From Minisyncoccota bacterium (GTDB lineage: Bacteria > Patescibacteriota > Minisyncoccia > Phycocordibacterales > CAIZLB01): a DNA stretch of 64,000 nt. Of this stretch, positions 18,105-26,223 are shown one piece after another; within the stretch, counting starts at the first letter, position 1; each line of letters begins with the position of its first letter. Position numbers and translations under genes: made by a program. The DNA is taken from the NCBI GenBank assembly GCA_036405975.1, contig DASWWM010000034.1:4675-68674 (forward strand), in the 5' to 3' direction. The notes under the pieces are model-generated. The model did not search any database. It was not told the DNA's origin and was given only the letters and a program-made list of their open reading frames with translations.

Positions 18105-19097
18105 ATGGATTCTTCAGCTCCGTTAGGAATCAGGGTTTGGGCGGCACTGATACTGACTCCGCTCATTGTCGGTTTCGGAGGAACTGTCGCTTTCTTGCAT
18201 TTTATGAATCCTCCCGAGTTTCAAGATGATTTTGCTCTGGCGGCCCAGGCCTCCCGCCTTGCTCGGCCGGAAATCCTACCGTCGGTTCAACTGCCCGTCT
18301 CCGTTGCCGTTGCGGAAATTGAGACCCCGGAAGATCCCTTGGAAACCGCTTCTTCAAGCGAAGACACAGCGATCCTTGCTACGACCACAGCATCTTCTTC
18401 AGCACCAACAACGATTCCCTCAAAGCCTGTTACTGCTGCTTCAACCGCAAGCTCTGCTGCGCCATCGAGTACGGCGAAGGCCGATGAACCGGTGACTGGA
18501 TTCAGGCTCAACGTTCCGTACTACAAGCAGCAGTACACCAACAGTTGTGAGGCTGCATCTCTCAGAATGGCGCTGGCTTACAGGGGCATATTCAAGAATG
18601 ATATGGAACTCATTGTCTTGATGGGATACAAGCCGAGACCGAGAGACTTGGTGAACAATATCTGGGATGATCCTCAGGAAATGTACGTGGGGGAAGTTGA
18701 TGTCGTCGATATCTCGAAAGGCTACGGAGTTTATGGAAAGCCTGTTGCGCGAGTTGCGCGCGAGCTTGGCCGGCGTGCTGATTTTGCCGATGACATAACT
18801 CCTTATGCGCTCGCTGCTGAGGTTCGAAGAGGGAATCCTGTCCTTATGTGGGGATATACAAGCCTTACCGGTTCTCCGTATACATGGAATACGCCAGAGG
18901 GAAAAACCGTAACGGCATTCAGAGGCGAGCATTCAAGACTTGTTGTTGGTTATGAGGGTGAAGTTGAAAATCCCACAGGTTTTTACGTTCATGACCCTTT
19001 CAATGGGAGAGAGTACGAGTATTGGACAAGCCAGGCACTCTTCGCACAATTCCATGCGGTGAAGAATGTTACGAATCAGGCTGTCGTGGTTAGGTAA
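18105..19097 (+). CDS. Membrane-anchored peptidase C39-like (C39_2/YvpB-like) domain protein with a Ser/Thr/Ala-rich linker
   Basis: An N-terminal TM segment, then the low-complexity stretch SSSEDTAILATTTASSSAPTTIPSKPVTAASTASSAAPSSTAKA. It then reads NVPYYKQQYTNSCEAASLRMALAYRGI, carrying the catalytic Cys of C39-like peptidases. Confidence 0.55.
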   Translation: MDSSAPLGIRVWAALILTPLIVGFGGTVAFLHFMNPPEFQDDFALAAQASRLARPEILPSVQLPVSVAVAEIETPEDPLETASSSEDTAILATTTASSSAPTTIPSKPVTAASTASSAAPSSTAKADEPVTGFRLNVPYYKQQYTNSCEAASLRMALAYRGIFKNDMELIVLMGYKPRPRDLVNNIWDDPQEMYVGEVDVVDISKGYGVYGKPVARVARELGRRADFADDITPYALAAEVRRGNPVLMWGYTSLTGSPYTWNTPEGKTVTAFRGEHSRLVVGYEGEVENPTGFYVHDPFNGREYEYWTSQALFAQFHAVKNVTNQAVVVR

Positions 19098-19118
19098 GGG
19101 AAGGGCAAAAGCCAGTCT

Positions 19119-19712
19119 TTACGCATTGAACAGATTATCCTTGTCGGTCTCGATTCGGCTGACCAACTCCTTGAAGATGGCCTCGATCGTTTTATCCACT
19201 GCAACTTTTGGCATTTTCATGCTCGTGAGCATTTCTAGTGTCACATTGTTCTTTTTCCATGTTCTGCCTCCGTCGAGATATATGCTGAGGACGGGCTCAA
19301 TTTTGTCTAATGCATAAATGAATTTGCTTTCATCGTCCTCTCTGGCTTCGTATCGGTCGATAGCGTCGTGAAGTTCGGGGAACTCTGGGAACTCGCTTCT
19401 CAGTCTTCGGGCAGCTTCTTGCTCCTTGTTATGCTTGCTGTTCAGGACATCTGCATCTGTCTGATAAAAGAATGTGTCTCCGGCATATATTTCAACCAGG
19501 TCATGTGCAAGGGCATAAGAGAAAAGCTTGCTTAGATCCAAGTCAAGCTTGTACGTCGAATGGATATGCCAAGCAAGCATCGCGAGCGTGAATGAATGCT
19601 CGACGTCGTTTTCGTTCTGGTCACTCTTGTGCACGAGCAGGCTTCGCTCGATCGTTCGGTATTGATGCAGAAGGTTGGTGAATTTGAGAAGCTGGTCCAG
19701 GGAAGGGTTCAT
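19119..19712 (-). CDS. HD-domain 5'-deoxynucleotidase (YfbR-like)
   Basis: Starting from the internal Met (MNPSLDQLL...), the protein is 197 aa. HD motifs are present: EHSFTLAMLAWHIH and YALAHDLVEIYAGDT. The longer ORF-track version (to 20048) runs through a tRNA gene and is rejected. Confidence 0.7.
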   Translation of the reverse strand: MNPSLDQLLKFTNLLHQYRTIERSLLVHKSDQNENDVEHSFTLAMLAWHIHSTYKLDLDLSKLFSYALAHDLVEIYAGDTFFYQTDADVLNSKHNKEQEAARRLRSEFPEFPELHDAIDRYEAREDDESKFIYALDKIEPVLSIYLDGGRTWKKNNVTLEMLTSMKMPKVAVDKTIEAIFKELVSRIETDKDNLFNA

Positions 19713-19964
19713 GGCGGTAGGCGTTGGAATATTGGCTAATTCTAACCCGGCCTGGATTTTGGGCAAATCTACCAGGGATTTCCTTGTTGTGCTCTCTTCG
19801 GAATCTCCGACTACGTCGGCGGGTGGCTTTCCGGTTTCCTCGAATGGCAGTTCTCGAAAACACGGAAAGTCCTTTCGATTCCTGACGCAGGCAAAGCAGT
19901 TTGCCTGCTTCTCGGCATCGGCATAAGTAAAAGGCGCCCATTCCAGGCGCCTTTTACTTATGGG

Positions 19965-20036
19965 TGCTCTCGACAGGAATCGAACCTGTATTTTAGCTTC
20001 CGCAAAGCTATGTCCTATCCATTGAACGACGAGAGC
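19965..20036 (-). tRNA. tRNA-Arg with anticodon GCG (manual fold)
   Basis: The reverse complement reads GCTCTCG TC GTTC AATGGATA GGAC A TAGCT TTGCGGA AGCTA AAAT ACAGG TTCGATT CCTGT CGAGAGC A. The anticodon loop is T-T-G-C-G-G-A, giving G34 C35 G36 and G37. A hairpin terminator follows immediately (19930-19958, ggcgcc...ggcgcc). Confidence 0.7.
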
Positions 20037-20105
20037 GGGGAAGTCCACAGGATGTGCACATGTGTACGGAATCTGTGGATATTCAGGAAAATATCATGAA
20101 GATGG

Positions 20106-20579
20106 CTAGAAGCCAAAGTATTCAAGGACCTTCTGGCCAAGCGGCTCAGGGTGATGGTCCTCGAGGAGGTTCTCGAGAAGGAAGTCTCTCACATCGTCAG
20201 GATCTGTTCCGTCGAGCGGGATTGCGATGAGGGGAACCATCGCCTTTCGCGACTTGATGATGAGCTTTGAATGCCCGTTTACGTGACGGTTATCCTCAAC
20301 CCAGAATGAGTCGAGCGTTGCGTAGGGGTAAAGTGTCCGATCGATCATCACGCCTTTTTTGCTCACTTCAAATCTGACGATCTCTGGCCTCCGGGAGGCA
20401 AAAAGGGAAAGGGCAAATGCCGCGACGATGATGAGGAGGGCGAAAAGGGCGTCACCGAAGATGACTGAAAGTATTGCAATCGAGACGGCTATGATGCCGA
20501 CCGCCCAGTACCAGTCCGAAGTCTTCTCCTGAAAGAAGTATTCGTGAGTTTCCCAGATAAAAGGACCCTTGTATGCCAT
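20106..20579 (-). CDS. Hypothetical membrane protein (two TM helices plus a soluble C-terminal domain)
   Basis: A 157 aa ORF with no recognisable motif. It sits co-directionally downstream of the HExxH membrane protein and the deaminase. Confidence 0.35.
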   Translation of the reverse strand: MAYKGPFIWETHEYFFQEKTSDWYWAVGIIAVSIAILSVIFGDALFALLIIVAAFALSLFASRRPEIVRFEVSKKGVMIDRTLYPYATLDSFWVEDNRHVNGHSKLIIKSRKAMVPLIAIPLDGTDPDDVRDFLLENLLEDHHPEPLGQKVLEYFGF

Positions 20580-20626
20580 GCCGCTATTCTACCATACAAA
20601 TAATTTTTGAAATGTCATGATTCTTG

Positions 20627-21163
20627 TCATTCGTGAACAACCACGGTCTTTGGATTGTAGATCGTGAAGTATAGGGAAAGTGCGGAGGCGGTCGCCGTTA
20701 CGAGCACGCCGATCCAAAAAAAGATATTACCGATGCTTGCGGTGTATTCAAGGGCGCCTGCTTTTGTGAGAATGTAATTCCAGTCATGGATCACGGATTC
20801 TCCTCCCAGGAGTGGAAGTTGCATAGTGATGGCGTCCTTAACATATACGGAAGTGTTTATGAGGCTTTGCCCAAGCCAGAGTGACATGATCGAACCTGCA
20901 TAGTAGCTTCCTTTGGCGGTGAAATAGGACACGAGAAAAGCGGGAATTGCGAGCTGCAAAAATGGCCCTCCGAGTATTCCCACAAACTCTCCAAGCAGCC
21001 TGAATATGGTGTGGCCCGCCTCGTGGAAGGCAAGGTTGGTTGAGTCAAGGAATGAGCCATCAACCGGGTTCGCTGCGTAGATGAAGAATAGGACGATGAA
21101 AAATAAAGTGGCCAATCCTTGGATTGCGGAGAAGGCGAAATCAAATGCTGATCGGGCTTTCAT
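20627..21163 (-). CDS. Polytopic membrane protein with an HEAGH (HExxH) motif; putative intramembrane zinc metalloprotease-like
   Basis: A 178 aa protein with about five TM segments. FHEAGHTIF lies at the edge of TM2. No clear second M50 motif was found. Confidence 0.35.
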   Translation of the reverse strand: MKARSAFDFAFSAIQGLATLFFIVLFFIYAANPVDGSFLDSTNLAFHEAGHTIFRLLGEFVGILGGPFLQLAIPAFLVSYFTAKGSYYAGSIMSLWLGQSLINTSVYVKDAITMQLPLLGGESVIHDWNYILTKAGALEYTASIGNIFFWIGVLVTATASALSLYFTIYNPKTVVVHE

Positions 21164-21195
21164 TGCCTTCAGTATATCAAAACGGACGCATTCAT

Positions 21196-21684
21196 TTATG
21201 CCCTGTGTCTGTATTCGTATGAAAGTCTATTGTATTCGTCGGTCGGGTAGGAGCAGATGCCGGCATCGTTCCAGAGGGCAAACTCCGCGACGCCCGAGTC
21301 GAGGGCGAATCTGCTGCAGACTGTGCAGAACGGTTCTCCTGACTTGAGAATGTTTCCGGCTTCGTCCGCTCGCGTGAAATACAAAGTCGAGCCCTGTATT
21401 TCATTTGGGTGATTTTTAACCGCATTGAGAATCGCGCGCCATTCGGCATGCATGCAGCAGGTCCTGTCATATTTTGGTTTACCTGCGAAGTCGGGCTCAA
21501 GACATCGTCGGCAGGCAAGGTTATCAAGCGGGGGTGCGTTGTATCCCTGGCCGATTACCTTTCCGTATTTCACGATGACGGTACCGCATTTTGCTTTGAG
21601 ACAAAGAGCCTTCTCTGCGACCTTTGCGGCTTCGTGCATCCAGTGGGTGGCTTGTTGTTCGGATTCGCCCGCGATATATTTCAT
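21196..21684 (-). CDS. CMP/dCMP-type zinc deaminase family protein
   Basis: CMHAEWRAI (H-A-E zinc ligand and catalytic Glu) and PFCTVCSR (PCxxC) are present with the correct spacing for the cytidine/deoxycytidylate deaminase fold. The protein is 162 aa. Confidence 0.65.
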   Translation of the reverse strand: MKYIAGESEQQATHWMHEAAKVAEKALCLKAKCGTVIVKYGKVIGQGYNAPPLDNLACRRCLEPDFAGKPKYDRTCCMHAEWRAILNAVKNHPNEIQGSTLYFTRADEAGNILKSGEPFCTVCSRFALDSGVAEFALWNDAGICSYPTDEYNRLSYEYRHRA

Positions 21685-21724
21685 GTTTATTCAATCCAGG
21701 GATCTGGAACTTGGACTGGTTTGT

Positions 21725-22003
21725 TTAGTTGGCGTCGGTGCATCTGAAATCCCTGTCCGGGGACTCAGATTTTGCGACCTTTACCAGGTACTCACATGTT
21801 TCAATGTTATCAGCGTAACCAAAGACAAGCATCATTCGTTCCCATCCGACTGATGAATTCATCATGAACCACTGTGCTGGTATGTTCAAGCCTCCTCTCG
21901 GATGTCTTTCGACTGCTTCGAACAGGTCAGTATTTCTATGTGAGTATCCGGTAAAAAAACCAACAGCAATCGCGATCGTAAAAACTAAGAAGTTATTTTT
22001 CAT
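21725..22003 (-). CDS. Small putative secreted protein (92 aa), weakly supported
   Basis: It starts MKNNFLVFTIAIAVGFFTGYSHR..., which is signal-peptide-like. The ATG abuts the 3' end of tRNA-Ser(GGA). The longer ORF-track version overlaps the tRNA. Confidence 0.25.
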   Translation of the reverse strand: MKNNFLVFTIAIAVGFFTGYSHRNTDLFEAVERHPRGGLNIPAQWFMMNSSVGWERMMLVFGYADNIETCEYLVKVAKSESPDRDFRCTDAN

Positions 22004-22092
22004 GGCGGAGAGAGGGGGATTCGAACCCCCGATGGGATTGCTCCCATGCCACCTTTCCAAGGTGGTACATTCGACCGCTCTGCCATCTCTCC
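22003..22092 (-). tRNA. tRNA-Ser (anticodon GGA)
   Basis: The reverse complement reads GGAGAGA TG GCAGAGCGGTCGAATGTA CCACC TTGGAAA GGTGG long-variable-arm(CATGGGAGCAATCCCATC) GGGGG TTCGAAT CCCCC TCTCTCC G CCA. CCA is encoded. Confidence 0.85.
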
Positions 22093-22243
22093 ATGGGTTC
22101 ATCATATACGGAGTTTGAAGGATGTTCAATTTGTTTGAAAAAAAATGGGGAGGAGGTGAGATGGGTGCAATCTCGCACATACTCCCGCAAAGATAAAGAA
22201 AAAAGCACATACCCTTACAGGTACATGCTTTTTTCTTTATGTG

Positions 22244-22330
22244 CGGAGGAGGTGAGATTCGAACTCACGGGCCCCGTAAAGGGCCTTCTGTTTTCAAGAC
22301 AGACGCATTCGACCACTCTGCCACTCCTCC
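22244..22330 (-). tRNA. tRNA-Ser (anticodon TGA)
   Basis: The reverse complement reads GGAGGAG ... GTCTG/TCTGT CTTGAAA ACAGA, with a long variable arm AGGCCCTTTACGGGGCCC, then GTGAG TTCGAAT CTCAC CTCCTCC G. A putative promoter lies upstream on the minus strand: TTGAAA, about 15 nt, then TATATA. Confidence 0.85.
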
Positions 22331-22479
22331 GCGTATGACTATATATTAAAGCTGGTTTTTTTTCAACTTTTTGACATACTAGGGAAGAAAGGCCGTTTTC
22401 GCCCATAAAACAAAGGAGAAAACGGCCTGGTTGTCAGGACCGGGCGGTCCGACATCCCAAAGATACACGCTAAAATAAC

Positions 22480-22869
22480 ATGAAATACCTCGGCATTGAT
22501 TTCGGCACGAAAAGAATTGGATTGGCTGTTTCGGATGAGGCAGCCACTTTGGCTTTTCCAAAGTCGATCGTTCAGGGTGGCAAAGGCGCTGCCGCTGAAG
22601 TCGTTGCATTCTGCGAGAAGGAAGGGGTTTCCGTTGCGGTCATCGGCGAATCAAAGAATTTCAAAGGTGAGGAAAATGCGATCATGGAAAATACTCGGGG
22701 GTTTGCCAAAGAGCTTGAGGCAGCCGGGCTCAAGGTCGTATATGAGCCTGAGATACTTTCAACGGTTCAGGCGCAACAGATACAAGGGGATACAGGGAAG
22801 CTTGATGCATCAGCGGCAGCCATCATCCTTCAGAGTTATCTAGACAGGCTTAAGTTTCAATCAAATTAA
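22480..22869 (+). CDS. ruvX: Putative pre-16S rRNA nuclease / Holliday junction resolvase-like YqgF (RuvX)
   Basis: MKYLGIDFGTKRIGLAVSDE... is the canonical YqgF N-terminus. The protein is 129 aa. Confidence 0.8.
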   Translation: MKYLGIDFGTKRIGLAVSDEAATLAFPKSIVQGGKGAAAEVVAFCEKEGVSVAVIGESKNFKGEENAIMENTRGFAKELEAAGLKVVYEPEILSTVQAQQIQGDTGKLDASAAAIILQSYLDRLKFQSN

Positions 22870-22885
22870 TCTCAATACCACATAT

Positions 22886-23305
22886 ATGAATACTGAAAAT
22901 ACAAATACAACGAATGCCGAGTCTGAAGTTCCGGCTGCAGGGGTACCAGAAGAATCTGCCCAGCCAATGTCTGCACCTGTATACGCATCAATCGATGACT
23001 TTGTGAAAATTGAAATGAAGATTGGAAAAGTTCTAGAGGCCGTTCCTGTCGAAGGATCTGAAAAACTCCTGAAGCTGAAGGTTGATTTTGCTGAGGCTGA
23101 ACCACGACAGGTCCTTTCTGGAATTGCTAAATTCGTGACGCCTGAAGATTTGATCGGGAATTCATTTCCTTTCGTAACAAACCTTAAGCCTCGACCGATG
23201 ATGGGTCTTGAGAGCCAGGCAATGATTCTCGCAGTGAATGACGATCAGAATTTTGCGCTTCTTAAGCCTACTGCCGAAATAAAAGCAGGAACGAGCCTGA
23301 AATAA
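22886..23305 (+). CDS. tRNA-binding domain protein (CsaA/Trbp111/EMAP-like OB fold)
   Basis: FVKIEMKIGKVLEAVPVEGSEKLLKLKVDFAEAEPRQVLSGIAKFVTPEDLIGNSFPFVTNLKPRPMMGLESQAMIL matches the MetRS C-terminal-like tRNA-binding domain. Confidence 0.7.
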   Translation: MNTENTNTTNAESEVPAAGVPEESAQPMSAPVYASIDDFVKIEMKIGKVLEAVPVEGSEKLLKLKVDFAEAEPRQVLSGIAKFVTPEDLIGNSFPFVTNLKPRPMMGLESQAMILAVNDDQNFALLKPTAEIKAGTSLK

Positions 23306-23323
23306 TTCTGACTTTGTCGTATA

Positions 23324-24418
23324 ATGGGCGAAATGAGTATCGCTCAGAAACTGTTCAAATATTTTCCAGCCCCTCGCATCATCTCGATGCCTCAGGTCGG
23401 AGTTGAGATAACTGCGACTTCGATCAGGTATATGGAGCTTGCGAGGTCGGGGGACGGAACAAAGCTCGGCAGGTACGGCACGCAGGAAGTTCCTGGCGGT
23501 GTATCGCTCAGGGAATCTCTCGTCGCAAACAAGGATCTCGTCGCGGCATTGAAAAAGATCCAGAGAGCAAACCGGTTCCAGTTTGCTGAAGTCTCCATTC
23601 CCGAGGAAGACTCGTACCTGTTCACGACAGAGATACCTCTTGGCGAAGACGAGGAGATTCGAAGCCATATCGAGTTTCACCTTGAAGAGAACGTTCCTGT
23701 CAGCCTCGCTGATGCGGTCTTCGACTACCATGTCATCCATAAGGATGAAAAGAAGGGGACAGGCTTCGCTTCGGTCTCGGTCGTGCAGAGGTCTGTCATT
23801 GATCAGTACATAGATCTGTTCGAAATGTGCGGCATGACGCCTATCTCATTCATTATTGAGAACCAGGCTCTGGCAAAGGCTCTCACTCCTCGCAATGCCG
23901 ACTTCTCGTCGCTCATTGTCCATGTCGGCGCCGTAAAGACCGTTCTTTCGGTTGTCAGCGAGGGTGCCGTTCAGTTCACCTCGACCGTGAGTATCGGGAG
24001 CAATGACTTCACTGCAGCCATCGCAAAGGAGTATGGCATCTCGCCTGTCGAAGCAGAACGGCTCAAGCAGGAGAAAGGGTATCTGAAGAATCCGGAGAAC
24101 AATGAGTTCTTCATGCTCCTCATCAATGCCGTATCCGCACTCAGGGACGAGGTCCAGCGCGTGTACATGTACTGGCAGACCCATTCTGAGAAGAATGGGA
24201 AGCAGGGCTCGCAGACAAAGGTTATCCTTGCCGGCAGAGACTCATCTATCATCGGATTCAGGGAATATCTTGCCCTCTCGCTCAAGGTTCCGGTAGAGCT
24301 TGCGAATGTCTGGGCAAACGTATTCACCTTCGACAAGGAAATTCCGCCGATCGAGTATCTTGAATCGCTCGACTATGCGGTCGCGGTCGGTCTCGCTCTA
24401 CCAAAAAATACAGACTAG
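23324..24418 (+). CDS. pilM: Type IV pilus assembly protein PilM (actin-like ATPase fold)
   Basis: A 364 aa protein. The N-terminal sequence ...VGVEITATSIRYMEL... and the overall ASKHA-like architecture match PilM. It is followed by PilN/PilO-like genes. Confidence 0.65.
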   Translation: MGEMSIAQKLFKYFPAPRIISMPQVGVEITATSIRYMELARSGDGTKLGRYGTQEVPGGVSLRESLVANKDLVAALKKIQRANRFQFAEVSIPEEDSYLFTTEIPLGEDEEIRSHIEFHLEENVPVSLADAVFDYHVIHKDEKKGTGFASVSVVQRSVIDQYIDLFEMCGMTPISFIIENQALAKALTPRNADFSSLIVHVGAVKTVLSVVSEGAVQFTSTVSIGSNDFTAAIAKEYGISPVEAERLKQEKGYLKNPENNEFFMLLINAVSALRDEVQRVYMYWQTHSEKNGKQGSQTKVILAGRDSSIIGFREYLALSLKVPVELANVWANVFTFDKEIPPIEYLESLDYAVAVGLALPKNTD

Positions 24419-24436
24419 CGTACAATAGGAAACGAT

Positions 24437-25072
24437 ATGCTCCATCTTCTTACTGAAGAACACAAGGCGAAAATTATCAGGCAGTACCGAATGAGACTTC
24501 TCATCGTGCTTTGCCTCGGCATCGTTCTGACGCTTGTCGCCGCTGCCATCTTCCTCATTCCTTCCTATGTGATCTCCTTCAGCGCGTACTCCGAGGTGCA
24601 GGCCGAGAAGAATAGGCTCGTCTCTCTTGTTGCGGCAAAGCAGACGGACGCTTTGGCAAATGACGTGAAGGAAGTCTCAAACACTCTCGAGGCACTCAAG
24701 TCTCATGCAGACAGGAGGAATCCGACTCGAATCTTTGAGCGGATTGTTCAGGGCAAGCCATCCGGCGTCTCTGTGACAAGCTTCGCCTATACGCCCGAAT
24801 CGGACTCGCAGGTCACTGTGGACGTTGCGGGGAAGGCAAATACTCGAGGGTCACTTTCGTCATATGTAGACATGCTGAAGGCTGACAAGGTATTCTCAGG
24901 GGTCTCCATCCCGCTTTCCAGCTTTGCCCGCGAGCGAGACATCTCATTCAATCTGAAGATTTCGGTGAACACGGCCGATGAATCATGGATATTCAGCGCT
25001 CCGGAAGCTTCTGTGGTCGAGGAGGCTGCGATGCCGTCGATGGTTCCTGCGACTTCGACAGATAGCCAGTAA
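24437..25072 (+). CDS. PilN-like pilus assembly protein (bitopic)
   Basis: A single N-terminal TM helix (LIVLCLGIVLTLVAAAIFLIP) then a coiled-coil segment. The size and position after pilM support the call. Confidence 0.5.
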   Translation: MLHLLTEEHKAKIIRQYRMRLLIVLCLGIVLTLVAAAIFLIPSYVISFSAYSEVQAEKNRLVSLVAAKQTDALANDVKEVSNTLEALKSHADRRNPTRIFERIVQGKPSGVSVTSFAYTPESDSQVTVDVAGKANTRGSLSSYVDMLKADKVFSGVSIPLSSFARERDISFNLKISVNTADESWIFSAPEASVVEEAAMPSMVPATSTDSQ

Positions 25073-25078
25073 AACATC

Positions 25079-25660
25079 ATGAGCAAAACAACCCGAATCT
25101 TCATACTCAGTCTTCTGGTCTCGCTTGCTTCTGTTGCGGGGTACGCCTACGGCACCTCGTATGTATCAGGCCTTTCAGAAAAGACACGTGCGGCAAAAAG
25201 CGACGTTGAACTAGCTGAAATAAAATACCGGCACATCCTCTCGCTTGAGAAGGCTGCACAAAATACTAACAGTGAGACTTCTCAGATAAACGAGTTTCTC
25301 ATCCAGCCAAATGCGGCGATCGGGTTCGTCACGAAGATCGAGTCTGATGCGGCTGATCTCGGTCTCAGCTATAACACCGATTCAATCGAGGTGCGAAACA
25401 CTGAGGCCTTGAGCGCACAGGGAAAGGAGCTCGTTGTCGTAAGCTTTACGGCAAGCGGCAGATGGGCATCAGTATTCAAGATGATCAAGAGCGTCGAGAA
25501 TCTTCCATATGCAGTCAAGTTCGATAAGATCGATCTGGTCATGCTCGGCGATTCGAATCCGGCACAGGCAGTTTCAGCGACAGGCACGACGCCTTCCGTA
25601 CGGGAAAAGAACTGGAAGGCGTCGATGATCTTCACAGCAGTTAAGATGCAGGACAAATAA
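25079..25660 (+). CDS. PilO-like pilus assembly protein (bitopic)
   Basis: An N-terminal TM helix, a coiled-coil and a C-terminal ferredoxin-like region. It sits in the pilM-pilN-pilO order. Confidence 0.45.
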   Translation: MSKTTRIFILSLLVSLASVAGYAYGTSYVSGLSEKTRAAKSDVELAEIKYRHILSLEKAAQNTNSETSQINEFLIQPNAAIGFVTKIESDAADLGLSYNTDSIEVRNTEALSAQGKELVVVSFTASGRWASVFKMIKSVENLPYAVKFDKIDLVMLGDSNPAQAVSATGTTPSVREKNWKASMIFTAVKMQDK

Positions 25661-25661
25661 T

Positions 25662-25976
25662 ATGAAATCAAACTTCCTTGATAGGGCGAAAAACATAAGG
25701 CTGATCCGGAACAATCCTGACCGGGACTGGGCCGTACTTTTCACGTTGCTTTTGATCCTCGTCGTCTGTGCTCTTGCTTGGAGCGTCTATTTCTTCTTCG
25801 GGATCGTTCGGGATATCGAAGAGGTTCAGGCATATAAGGATACCAAGGTGCAGAACAATCTTGATGGGACTGAAGCCGAGCTGAAGAACATCATAGATAC
25901 ATACGAGAAGAGGAAGGCTGAAGGGCAGAAGCTGAAGGGCAGCTATCCCGTGCTTGGCGACCCGTCGGTATTTTGA
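25662..25976 (+). CDS. Small bitopic membrane protein, probably part of the pilMNO operon
   Basis: A 104 aa ORF starting 2 nt after pilO, with one TM helix (WAVLFTLLLILVVCALAWSVYFFFG). Confidence 0.4.
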   Translation: MKSNFLDRAKNIRLIRNNPDRDWAVLFTLLLILVVCALAWSVYFFFGIVRDIEEVQAYKDTKVQNNLDGTEAELKNIIDTYEKRKAEGQKLKGSYPVLGDPSVF

Positions 25977-25985
25977 TAAGGTACT

Positions 25986-26034
25986 GGTGCCGCGCAATGC
26001 AACGGTTAAAAGACTTTGATGTGCATTGCGCGGC
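25986..26034. other. Strong stem-loop (13 bp perfect inverted repeat, 23 nt loop) between the pilus operon and tRNA-Arg
   Basis: gccgcgcaatgca (25989-26001) pairs with tgcattgcgcggc (26025-26037). No U-tract follows. Confidence 0.5.
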
Positions 26035-26042
26035 AGACACAT

Positions 26043-26114
26043 GCCCTTGTAGTTCAATGGATAGAACTGCGGACTTCTAAGCCGTTAATCTAGGTTCGAT
26101 TCCTAGCGGGGGCA
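26043..26114 (+). tRNA. tRNA-Arg (anticodon TCT)
   Basis: GCCCTTG TA GTTC AATGGATA GAAC T GCGGA CTTCTAA GCCGT TAAT CTAGG TTCGATT CCTAG CGGGGGC A. The anticodon is UCU with A37. The acceptor stem has two G-U pairs, and there is a 31-39 mismatch. A terminator hairpin lies at 26123-26150. Confidence 0.7.
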
Positions 26115-26223
26115 CCCGATTTAAAAAGCCGAGCTCGTCTCGGCTTTTCCTTTACTCGCTCCTCTTCTTGAGCTACTGTTTGCCCAGAAATTCAAAAATC
26201 AAACCAAGAGAAAGGGTGAAAAA

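Noticed and set aside
19713-20048. The upstream 112 aa of ORF 19119..20048 fused to the HD-domain protein
   Set aside because: It runs through the tRNA-Arg(GCG) gene (19965-20036) and its terminator hairpin. The HD hydrolase is full length (197 aa) from the internal Met at 19712.
20075-20083. DnaA-box-like tgtggatat upstream of tRNA-Arg(GCG)
   Set aside because: A single imperfect 9-mer with no clustering and no AT-rich DUE. It is expected by chance.
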